From Nemertoderma westbladi (taxonomy: Eukaryota; Animalia; Xenacoelomorpha), in contig JAUCBJ010000629.1 in assembly GCA_032718475.1 (NCBI GenBank), positions 1 to 64,000 on the forward strand: a DNA stretch of 64,000 nt, given 5' to 3'. How positions within the stretch are numbered: position 1 is the first letter of the stretch; every line of letters begins with the position of its first letter. Shown here in pieces: positions 10,702-21,990 of the stretch. The notes under the pieces are model-generated. The model saw nothing but the letters and a program-made list of their open reading frames with translations. It had not been told where the DNA came from and did no database searches. Made by a program: the position numbers and the translations under genes.

Positions 10702-13654
10702 TGACCATTCTTAATTTTTTTGCAAAAAAAATTATTTTTATTTTTTCACTAAAATCGCTCTAACTTCGGTTCTGGTGGTCCAAATTCAATAAAATTGGTA
10801 TATTTTTTGCCGTAATTTTTTTCTTAATCTTTTGAGAAGGGGTTATTTTTGGCCCCAAAAAAATTAAAAAAAAGGGCCAAAATAACGCGATATTTTTCGA
10901 CCCTTAAAATTCGTAATTTTAATTATATATGTTAAGATAAAAGATAGCGGAGTTAATTTGATACTTTTTACAGGTACTTTTGGCGCAATACGCTAAATTA
11001 TAATGGAATAGCGATTTGTTAAAAAAAAAATTTTTCGTCCCTTTTCATAAATATTATATTTCACACGATCGTCTGCCGCTCCAGTTTTATAATACCTCCG
11101 GCGCTGTAATTAACGCTGTTAGATAGATAATTTAACGCACTATAAGTCTGTGTAAACAAATCTCCCGTAAGTTAAGTAGTTTTCGAGCTAGACGATTTCC
11201 CGCGAAGCAAGTTTGAAGCGCGAAATTATAATTTTGGCCCTCATTTTTTTAATATCATCCTTGGAGCAAAACCGATAGCATAATTGAATTCCCCGTATGG
11301 ATATTGACTGTATAGAATGTACCTTAACCAACTAAAGTTAAAAATAAAAAATTATTCGATAAAAACTACTTTACAAATTCTGGCCCTTTTTGGCCCCTAT
11401 TGCCGACATATTTTTTGTACCCCCATTCGATAGGAACGTAGCCCCAATGGTCTTCTACGAGTTTCATAAAAGAATTAGTGGATTCCTACCCGCGTTGTCG
11501 AATTAAACATTTCGGAAATAAGTTTTCCAAAAAAGACGGACAAAAACGTACAAATTTACAGCCCCTTTTTCCACCCGAAATTTTAATAAATATCTTACCC
11601 CCATTCGATACGAAGGTAGTACCACTCTTCCCCTTTCCAGCCGCGTTACTTTCGTCCCCGTACGATTAATATTAGCCGAGTTATAGCGGATCCCGCAAAG
11701 TCATTTTGTCCGTTTTTTCAACTTTGACGGAGATTTTCGGAAAAAAGGCGTGGTAATCTTTTTTGAAAAAAAAAACGAATTCACTATTTAATCCCTTCTA
11801 TCGTATCCCGGCGTCGGCTAAGCAATAACCTAGGGTTTTTTCGAGCCACTGTAGAGCGCCTTTCAAAAAAATTTTAAAATTTTCGAAAAAATGACGGTTT
11901 TTTGTCCGCCGTGTCCGTCGAAGGGTTAGATTTAATAATGTTAGAGTTGCTAATATCTTAGAATTCCGAGCCGCTCCCCTGGTGAGAAAATAAAAAAATT
12001 TGGTCAGTTCCTTCATCGAAAAGTCCCCCAGAATCCCAAGTTAACCTATATAGTTAGCGATGGCCTACGGCTTTAGGAGCGGCCGCGGTATTCACCTCCC
12101 TCATAGCGGCCGCGGCGGTGTTGCGTCAAATGGAGAAATATTTATCCCACCGAGAGAAAGCCGCCCCAATATTAGATTATTACAACAACATATCCATTGG
12201 GTAAGAAAGTGGAGGAGAGCCAACCCGTCTCTTAATTTTTTACTTTATATTATGCGCCTAATTTTCACTCATCTCGTCATGAACACAACATGTATGTAAA
12301 CTTTTTATAAATTTGTTGGCTATGCGCTTGCGGCTGTTTGGGCGGGGTGTGGTAGGCCTACACTTTTCACACTGAAACATTTTGGTTGTGAAATGTTCAG
12401 GGCACAGCGATCAGAGATATTTCATATACATTTTATTATGAGAGAAAGAAGAACATACAACGTTATTTACTATATTATATGTAACGAAATAATTGTTTTC
12501 GGGTTTGGAAGCCTCCCCAAATAGTTGATATACGATTATATTTAAAATTATTTCCGTGGTCATGGTCATTCACCCGTCTTTAATTAGAAATTTGTTTGCA
12601 TGAAAGACAGTTTAATTTGGTTTTTACTGATTATTATCTCTTATCTGACTGGGATAATAATAAAGGATAGGATAAATGGAAGCAAAGTGTGACAGTAACA
12701 ATTATTTCCCTGACAACCGAGCATGTCTTAAGTATATGATATCTCAAAGGGGGAAGTTTGGATTCACTGCATAAATGCAGTTCACCAAACTTCCCCCGAA
12801 TGCACACTGTAACTTCCCCCTTCCCCCAAATATCCACTGTTGAATTAATTTGAAGCAATATAATAAGTACAAAATTGTGCGAGTTTTTTATTGTGTGGTC
12901 CATTTGTTAATTGATCTCTATTTATTGTTTAAAGTGCATTTAATATCACACTGGTTTTTTAGAATATTACAAACCTTATGTTTTATTTATTAACCCAATC
13001 GAAGCCTTAATAAGGGCCGGTTATTTGTACACTTATCCCTAATGCGCTCAGTATGAGCCAAACAACATATTAATATGAAAATAAAGTATCTGCAAAGAAA
13101 AGAACCCAATGCTATATAATTTGACCTTATTAAAAAATTTGCACTTTTGCACATTTATTTGTACAAGTGCACTTTAGCAGATCGTAATGGTGGTTCTTAT
13201 TTAACAAACTTATGTTTATCCTCTACCGATCTACTGATCTATTGTGTATGATCAAGTGTCAGTCACTAAAAGTGTAAAAAATCCAATTTAATAAATCGCG
13301 AAATTTGCGATTTTGGACCATATTCATGGGCATTTTAAATCACTTTATATACATAAAAAGTTAAACAAATGTTACGATTATAGTTAGAAATCACTCCAAA
13401 CTACATTTTAATCCAAAAAATAACATTCTACGATGAATAGAACTGGAAATAATAGTGTTTAAAATATCGAAAAAATGTGTACTTTTTAAGTGCATTATGC
13501 ACTAAGTGTACATGCGTCTTTTCCCAAGTTGTATCCTATTTCACACACTACAATCTATCCTCTATCCAATGAAAAAAGTTTCAGATCAAACGGTCCTGTA
13601 GAACAGAAGTTATTGATGTTTAAAAATAATCACTCAAAAATTTCGAATTCTCTT

Positions 13655-13727
13655 GGTCACGTAGTCTAGTGGTTATCAATCACGTTAACGATACCTAAGT
13701 TCGTGGGTTCGAAACCCAATATTGACC
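13655..13727 (+). ncRNA. tRNA-Val-derived sequence with Pol III A/B boxes (unit 2, best preserved)
   Basis: CGTAGTCTAGTGGTTATCA differs at one position from eukaryotic tRNA-Val CGTAGTGTAGTGGTTATCA. T arm TGGG-TTCGAAA-CCCA; AAC at the anticodon position; oligo-T ~9 nt downstream. Confidence 0.6.
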
Positions 13728-16636
13728 ATTCTTAATTTTTTGCAAAAAAAATATTTTTAATTTTTGACTAAATTCGCTCTAACTTCGGTTCTGGTGCTCC
13801 AAATTCAATAAAATTGGTATATTCTTTGCCGTAATTTTTTTTTCTATCTTTTGAGAGGGGGTATTTTTGGCCCCAAAAAAAATGGAAAAAAAGGGCCAAA
13901 ATTACACGATATTTTTCGACCCTTAAAACTCGTTATTTTAATTATTAATGTTAAGAAAAAAGATAGTGGAGTTAATTTGCTACATTTTACAGGAACTTTT
14001 GTCGCAAAAAGTTAAATTATAATGTAATGGCGATTTATTAAAAAAAAATGTTTTCGTCCCTTTTTTATAAGTAGTATATTTCGTCTGCCGCTCCAGTTAT
14101 ATAATAGCTAGGCGCTGTAACTACCGTTGAAAGATAGATAATTTGACGCTCTATAAGACTGTTTAAATAAGTCTCCCAGACCTTATGTATTTTTCGAGCT
14201 AGACGAGTTCCCGCGAAGCGAGTTTGAAGCGTGAAATTTTAATTTGGGCCCTCATTTTTTTAATATCATTTGCGCGGCAAAACCAATCGAATATTTGGAT
14301 TCCCCGTATCGATATTAACCGTATAAAATGTACTTTAACCTTCTAGAGTCAAAAATAAAAAAGTTGTTAGTTATAAACTTTTTATTATTTTCTGGCCCTT
14401 TTTGGACCCCTTTGCCTACATATTTTTTGTACCCCCATTCGATAGGAATGTAGCCCCTGTGGTCTTCTACGCTTTCCGAAAAAGAATTGGCAGATTCCTA
14501 CTAGCGTTGTCGAATTAAAAATTTTGGAAATATTAATTATGTAAAAAAGATGGAAAAAACGGACAAAGTTACGGCCCCTTTTTCCACCCGAAATATTAAT
14601 AAATATCTTACCCCCATTCGATACAAAGGTAGTACCACTCTTCCCCTTTCCAGCCGCGTTACTTTCGTCCCCGTACGATTAATATTAGCCGAGTTATAGC
14701 GGATCCCGCAAAGCCATTTTGTCCGTTTTTTCAACTTTGACGGAGAATTTCGGGAAAAAGGCGTGGTAATCTTTTTTGAAAAAAAAAACGAATTCACTAA
14801 TTAATGCCTTCTATCGTATCCCGGCGTCGGTTAAGCAATAACCTAGGGTTTTTCCGAGCCACTGTAGAGCGCCTTTCAAAAATTTTTTAAAATTGATGAA
14901 AAAATGACGGTTTTTTGTCCGCCGTGTCCGTCGAGGGGATTGATTTGCTAATGTTAGAGTGGCTAATATCTTAGAATTCCGAGCCGCTCCCCTGGTGCGA
15001 AAATAAAATAAATTGGTCAGTTCCTTCATCGAAAAGTCCCCCAGAATCCCAAGTTAACCTATATAGTTAGCGATGGCCTGCGGCTTTAGGAGCGGCCGCG
15101 GTATTCACCTCCCTCATAGCGGCCGCGGCGGTGTTGCGTCAAATGGAGAAATATTTATCCCACCAAGGTGGGCCCCTCAATGAAAATATACTTTACGAAA
15201 GACCACGAGGTAAAGGGAAAAGCGTGGAGGGAGGGGGAAGGGAGGAGGAAGACAGACACTGGTTGAGTGGCAGGGAGTGGAGGACGAGCTGGACTCGTTA
15301 TTTTTATAATAATTTTTGTTTTAAACGACATATTATTTTCCTCAAAGTAAATCCTTCCCCTTTATAACTCACCAAAATAAATAAACACTACTAGGTCGTT
15401 TGTACACGATATGTGGTCTGCGAGTTATAGTCAACGAAACATTTCAGCTCTGAAATTATAATTGTGAATCAATAAGGAGGCTCTGTTATGATCTATATAG
15501 AATATATGGTTGTTGATACCCTTATACTGTAACAATGGTTTCTAGATTTCATTTATGGGTAAATCCCTACAGATGTTGATGTATTAAAAATTACTCCAGA
15601 ACCATTGTTCGAAGTTCAGCATTTTATACCACTCACCATTGCGTATAAATTTTACAGTATAATATTGTTAATCTGACTTAAGTCGTTTAGGTTGAACAAA
15701 GTCTACATAGTAAACACCAGGTCCTCCAAAGAATGTGCCTTTGGTATATTATATTGCGAAGGGGGAAGTTAGAATCACTGCATAAATGCAGTTCATCTAA
15801 CTTCCCCCAAATATCCACTGTTGAATAAAATTGAAGCGACATATTATTAAGTCCAACAAGGTGCGAGTTTTTTAATAAATTGTGTGGTCTATTTTGTTAT
15901 CTGATCTCTATTTATTGTTTAAAGTTCATTTAAGATCACATTGGTTTTTAGAATATTACAACCTTATTTATTATTAATTTAACCAATCGAACCATTATAA
16001 GGACCGGTTATTTGTACACATACTCCTAATGCGCCCAGTAAGGTCCAAACAACATATTAATATGAAAATAAAGTATCTGCAACGAAAATAACCCAATAAT
16101 TCACCATTTGACCTTATTAAAAAAATTGCACATTTGCGCACATAATTGCACAAGTGCACTTTAGCGGATCCTAAACGTGGTTCCTACTTAACACACTTAT
16201 GTCTATCCTCTACCGATCTACGATGGTGCATGATCAAGTGTCAGTCGCTAAAAGTGTCAAAAATCCAATTTAATAAATCGCGACATTTGCGATTTTAGAC
16301 CATATTCATGGACATTTTAAGTCACTTTTTAAACATAAAAAGATAAACAAATGTTAAGATTATAGTTAGAAATCATTCCAAACTACATTTTAATCCAAAA
16401 AATAACATTCTACAATAAATAGAACTGGAAATAATAGTGTTTGAAATATCGAAAAAATGTGCACTTTTTAAGTGCATATTGCACTAATTGCACATGCTTC
16501 TTTTCCCAAGTTGTATCCTATTTCACACACTACAATCTATCCTCTATCCAATGAAAAAAGTTTCAGATCAAACGGTCCATTAGAACCGAAGTTATTGATG
16601 TTTAAAAATAGTCACTCGAAAATTTCAAAATCACTT

Positions 16637-16709
16637 TGTCACATAGTCTAGTGGTTATCAATCACGTTAATGAAACCTAAGTTCGCGGGTACGAAATCCA
16701 ATATTGGCC
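16637..16709 (+). ncRNA. tRNA-Val-derived sequence (unit 3, B box mutated)
   Basis: Homologue of the two copies above; the B box reads GGTACGAAATCC. Confidence 0.5.
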
Positions 16710-17713
16710 ATTCTTATTTTTTTGCAAAAAAAAATATTTTTATTTTTTCACTAAAATCGCTCTAACTTCGGTTCTGGTGGTCCAAATTCAATAAAATTGG
16801 TATATTCTTTGCCGTAATTTTTTTTTCTATCTTTTGAGAGGGGGTCATTTTTGGCCCCAAAAAAAATGAAAAAAAGGGCCACAATTACGCGATATTTTTC
16901 GGCCCTTAAAATTCGTAATTTTAATTATAAATGTTAAGAAAAAAGATAGCGGAGGTAATTTGCTAAATTTTAAATGTACTTTTGGCGCAATACGCTAAAT
17001 TATAATAGAGTAGCGATTTATTAAAAAAAAAAATTTTTTCGTCCCTTTTTATAAATATTTTATTTCACACGATCGTCTGCCGCACCAGTTGTATAATAGC
17101 TACGGCGTTGTAACTAACGCTGAAAGATAGATAATTTAACGCTCTATAAGAATGTTTAAATACGTCTCCCAGACGTTGAGTAGTTTTCGAGCTAGATGTG
17201 TTCCCGCGCAGCGAGTTTGAAGCGCGAAATTTTAATATTGGCCCTCATTTTTTAAATATCGTTTGCGCAGCAAAACCAATCGAATATTTAGATTCCTCGT
17301 ATCAATATTAAGCGTATAAAATGTACCTTAAACGTCTAGAGTCAAAGATAAAAAAGTTATTAGTTATAAACTTTTTATCATTTTCTGGCCCTTTTTGGAC
17401 CCTATTGCAGACATATTTTTTGTACCCCCATTCGATAGGAATGTAGCCTCCGTGGTCTTTTACGTGTTCCGAAAAAGAATTGGCAGAATCCTACTAGCGT
17501 TTTCGAATTAAAAATTTTGGAAATATTAATTATATATAAAAGACGGACAAAAACGGAAAAGTTACGGCCCCTTTTTCTACCCGAAATATTAATAAATATC
17601 TTACCCCCATTCGATACGAATGTAGTACCACTCTTTCCCTTTCCACCCGCCTTACTTTCGTACCAAGCAGTACATCATTTATATATCGTATGTATCTATA
17701 GGGCCTAATTGTC

Positions 17714-18890
17714 GGATGTAGGACAATTCGGTCCCGGACAATTCGGTCCGGACAATTCGGTCCCGGACAATTCGGTCCCGGACAATTCGGTCCCAAAACA
17801 CTAAATAAATGGGACCGAATTGTCCGGGACCGAATTGTCTGGGACCAAATTGTCCTAGGACCGAATTGTCCTAGGACCGAATTGTCCGGGACCGAATTGT
17901 CCGGGACCGAATTGTCCGGGACCGAATTGTCCGGGACCGAATTGTCCGGGACCGAATTGTCCGGGTCCGAATTGTCCGGTTCCTGATAGCAACTTTTTAG
18001 TGCTTTTTTGATATTGGTGAATGTTCTAGAACATTAGTAGAGATATTTGTTATGGTAGCTAGTGTTATTTACGTGCTAGAATTTTTTGAAATTTTAAAAA
18101 TAGTGTATTTTTTTTTATTTTTGTTATTGGTAGTGTTCGAGAACATTATTATATATTATTTATTAAGGTGTAGCTAGTGTTTTTTTTACTAGCTAGCATT
18201 TCCTTGAAATTATAAAAACACTTGTGAAAACATTGATATTTCAGAATTAGGCCTAAACTGTTGCTGATTATATTAATTACCAACAATATTGATGATATTA
18301 TAACAGTCCCTGAATGAGATCCAGCTATTATCTAGGATAATAATTTAGGCTTGTTACCAACCAACGGCACATACAGTATACTTACGCAGTATTTAAAAAA
18401 AATCAGCTTTAAACATTTTAAATACATACTATTACTACCTAGTAAATAAATCACAAGCTCCATAAAAGCACCTTAGCTACCATAAATAATAATGTTAACA
18501 AAAAAAGTCAATTGTTTTTATTTTTAAAAAAATACTAGCTAGTAAAAAAAAACACTAGCTACCATATAATAATATATATTAAGGTTCTAGAACATTCACC
18601 ATTATATAGTACCAATTAAATTTGGTCCCGGACAATTCGGTCCCGGACAATTCGGTGCCGGACAATTCGGTCCCGGACAATTCGGTCCCGGACAATTCGG
18701 TCCCATTAATATGCATGTTTTGGGACCGAATTGTCCTAGTCAGTATCCGGACAATTCGGTCCCGGACAATTCGGTCCCGGACAATTCTGTCCCAAAACAC
18801 AAAATTAATGGGACCGAATTGTCCGGGACCGAATTGTCCGGGACCGAATTGTCCGGACCGAATTGTCTGGGACCGAATTGTCCTGCTTCC
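17714..18890. mobile_element. Non-autonomous Mutator/foldback-like transposon with a 9-bp TSD
   Basis: TIRs GGATGTAGGACAATTCGGTCCC and the reverse complement of GGAAGCAGGACAATTCGGTCCC. TSD CTAATTGTC at 17705-17713 and 18891-18899. A single-copy empty site is at 7552-7560. The ends are built from 15-bp GGACAATTCGGTCCC arrays in both orientations. Confidence 0.9.
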
Positions 18891-18970
18891 CTAATTGTCA
18901 TCGTTATAATACTGTCATCAACTTAGGCTAAGCTCAATTGTAATGTAAAGGCTTAGTGGGTTTTGTATAT

Positions 18971-19887
18971 CGCAATAATTTTTATTGTCCGTTTAAATCC
19001 TTTTTTTGTCCTTTTTTTAAATTTTTTATGTCCTCCAAAAATCTAATTTTAGGTTCCATGCTACCGGTTTCTCTACTGCTGTTCTCTCAGGCTATCAGTA
19101 CCGGTATTAGTATATATAGCACTATTTTGCTGTATTGTATGTACAGATGTAGGTATAAAGCAGGTATTTCTGTATTTTAGTACCGGTACCGGCACCGGTA
19201 CTGCTGTAGGCCTACTGTGTAGCCTACCATTTAAATAAGGTACTGGTAGGCCTAACGGCTGACCGGTTGTTTTGGTTAGAAAATCCCGCCTCTGTAACCT
19301 GCTCCTTTCCCCCGCCTCTGTAACCTGCTCCTTTCCCTCAATTAGTTAAGTGATCGTTTATTGTTTTGGTTAGAAAATCCCGTCTCTGTAATCTGCTCCT
19401 TTCCCTGATTTGGTAAAGTGAATGTTTATTGTTTTGGTTAGAAAATCCGGCCTTAACCTGCTCCTTTCCATCAATTGGTAATTGTTTTTGGCTATAAAAT
19501 GAGTGTTTTGCTACGTCATGTGGTAATCGATTATCGACAACAACCACAAACTATTAAATTTAGAGTCTTTTACAACAGGCGCATATGGAATTCTATCTCA
19601 TAGTCTATAAATCATGGAATCATGGAATGTTTTGGCACAGGCATAGTGAAACCAACTGTCCGACAGACCAGAAATCAACAAATTTTGAATGTTTTGGCAT
19701 AGGCATGTTGAAATCAACTGTCTGACAGTCCAGAAATCAGCAGTCTGACAGTTTGAAGAAATACATACATAAAAAGTCATTAAAAGGACAACAAAAGTCA
19801 TTAAAAGGACAACAAAAGTCAGTATGCACAATTCGTAAAAAAAGGAGGACAAAAAAGTAAAATAAAAGGACATAAAAAATCACTGCC
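18971..19887. mobile_element. Second non-autonomous Mutator-like element with a 9-bp TSD
   Basis: TSD TTTGTATAT at 18962-18970 and 19888-19896, with the empty site at 7481-7489. Degenerate TIRs (CGCAATAATTTTTATTGTCC vs GGCAGTGATTTTTTATGTCC). Internal ~60-bp repeats at 19265-19490. Confidence 0.8.
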
Positions 19888-21689
19888 TTTGTATATCTGG
19901 GACGTTTACAAAAGCTGTCGATTAAACTAACAAAACCGGAAAACTCAACCAGGGTGGCTGCCAGCCGGGTACCAACGGCTGTTGGGTAGACTTAATGGAA
20001 GATTTCACAAACTTTCATAGGAGGCTTGTACATGTACATTATATTGGTTGATCCGATGTTTGTATATTAGGCTAACTGAGAATGTATTAGGTATAAATAA
20101 TTAGTGTTCTTTAATTTATTTATCTAATACAGAAAGACCCCTCCGCAGAAAAACTGCTCTTTGGGGACGTTTCCCAGGTTGCGGGTATGGATAACATTTC
20201 ACACATCGCAGTAATTGTGATTATGATTTGTTTGCATAGGCGACTGTGTTTTACATTAGATGGGAGGCAGTTTGTTGGTTGATGCAAGTCATTATTGGTT
20301 TGCATCTTCCAATCCCATCTGTTTCTTGGAGTTTGTTTAATCAAGAGTTGAGCCGTTCAAAAACACGATATGGTTGTGTGTGTATGTATAACCATCCAAT
20401 ATCTCAAAAACTCAAGCAGATATGCAAAAATTTTAATAACGAACTCTACATAAATTTTTGTTGCGCACAAGACTGTAGATTTTTTGTGCCGTTTCGATCA
20501 CGGGGTCACTGAAAAATAGCCGTTTTGAAAATTTCAAAGTCGAATTTCACTGATTTCAACTCGTCAAGTATGTACCAACTTTTTTATTTGGGCTATTCAG
20601 TCATTTGAGCAACATATTTGAGCCTCAGAATTTTTTCAAATATCGCCAATCTCGCAGAGAACGTCGCCAAAATTTGTTAGCCCGGCAAAAAGACGCACTA
20701 ATTCGTCTAAAAGAATAAATTAATGGTTGCAGAATAATATGATTCAACTAGAAAAGCCAGCAAGCTGGCTATAAGGAGACCGTCCATATAGACAACGTAG
20801 TGTTATTATTATTATTATTATTATTAATGTAAATTTACACCATAACTTAGAACTGAACAAAGACTGCATTGACAATTTAACTATAGTATTTTATGGTGAT
20901 GGGGTTTCCCCCATAAAAGATACATTACATACATTTCATACATTACTTAGTTTAAAATATGAGTTAATAATTATTTAAGGTACATTAAAATACATCGAGT
21001 TAAAATTATTACTGTATGTAATTGGTCTCAAAAAGGCCGTGCTAATTATGAGATTAAACGAAGAAGTTAAAAGGGTCAGAAGACTGGATGTTATATGAAA
21101 TTAGATAGAAATATTTGTATTAAAATAAGATGAAATATATATATACGTATTAATAAAAGGGTCGGTCTCTGATGTCGTAAAAATGAGATAAAAAATATGC
21201 GTATTAAATTTAAAATGAGATGCAGTAAATACGTAATAAAATACGTTAGTTGGGTCCCTCATCATTCATTATCATATCAACCTATAAAACATTTGAACGG
21301 CCAAAGGATTCACTGGGAAGAGCTATTCAGCTGTCGGGGTGATACAGTACATTATACAAACTAACAGTTGATGTTTGATTACTGTCTGGGTTAGAGTGAG
21401 ATAGTAATAAATTTGGCAAGTAATATACTTCTCTGCAGTTTGGGCCTATCCATTCAATAAATAGTAGTAGCTTACTAGGCCCTCATTAGTACCAGCAGAT
21501 CTGGTGTTTCTATCGTTGAGTTGATGGCAATTTTCGTGTTTTCATTTTCGCTCACTCAGGGTACCGGTTTGAGGGGCAGGTTCGTTTAAAGCCTAATAAT
21601 CATCATTTAACGAGTTGTCTGTCTTTGACTCGCTCGGTCATTCAGTAATGAAATTAAAACAAACTTGTACGCATGTACAAAATAAGGCT

Positions 21690-21990
21690 ATTATTATGTA
21701 CCGTCAAAAGTTTATAAAGATTCTGAAATTTTGTCAAAAATCAGACAGTTTGTCAGTCGGTTTCAATAGTTTCAGACTTTTGACAAAAACCGAAATAAGT
21801 CGTTCAATCATTGATGAAATTCAACTAAACTTGGTAAATATGTGGTCTGTCAAAGTTTGGAAAGATTCTGAAGTTTGGTCAAAAATCAGACAGTCTGTCT
21901 GTCGGTACCGAAAGTTTCAAAATTTTATAAAAACCGAAATAAGTCGGCCAGCCAATCATTGCTGAAATTGAACCAAACTTGGTAAAGTAT
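21690..21990 (+). repeat. Two ~146-bp monomers, probably a rolling-circle element fragment
   Basis: AAAATCAGACAG...AAAAACCGAAATAAGTCG...AAACTTGGTAAA occurs twice about 146 bp apart. Confidence 0.55.

Larger units (their letters stand above)
9126..17663. repeat. Tandem array of ~3.0-kb units (two full copies plus a third, partial and partly divergent)
   Basis: GAGAGAAAGCCGCCCCAATATTAG occurs at ~9127 and 12152. The units align throughout (for example the double NotI block at ~12078-12117 and ~15090-15130). The third unit aligns from ~15745 to 17661. Confidence 0.95.
8748..20340 (+). mobile_element. Second, inverted copy of the same Helentron/DINE-like element, split by three nested insertions
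   Basis: Segments 8748-9125, 17664-17713, 18891-18970 and 19888-20340 are collinear reverse complements of 8012->7030. A further 5'-like piece starts at 20341 and a subTIR-like GCAGGTTCGTTTAAAGCC lies at ~21576. Confidence 0.75.

Noticed and set aside
12060-12140. HDV-like ribozyme in the double-NotI motif
   Set aside because: P3 and P1 pairings and the J4/2 catalytic segment could not be built.
10629-16709. Functional tRNA-Val genes
   Set aside because: The anticodon stem is unpaired, the acceptor stem is only 5 bp, and the anticodon differs between copies.
17517-18926. Repetitive ORFs (GPNCP, VPDNS, GTELS)
   Set aside because: Translations of the 15-bp terminal arrays of a non-autonomous transposon.
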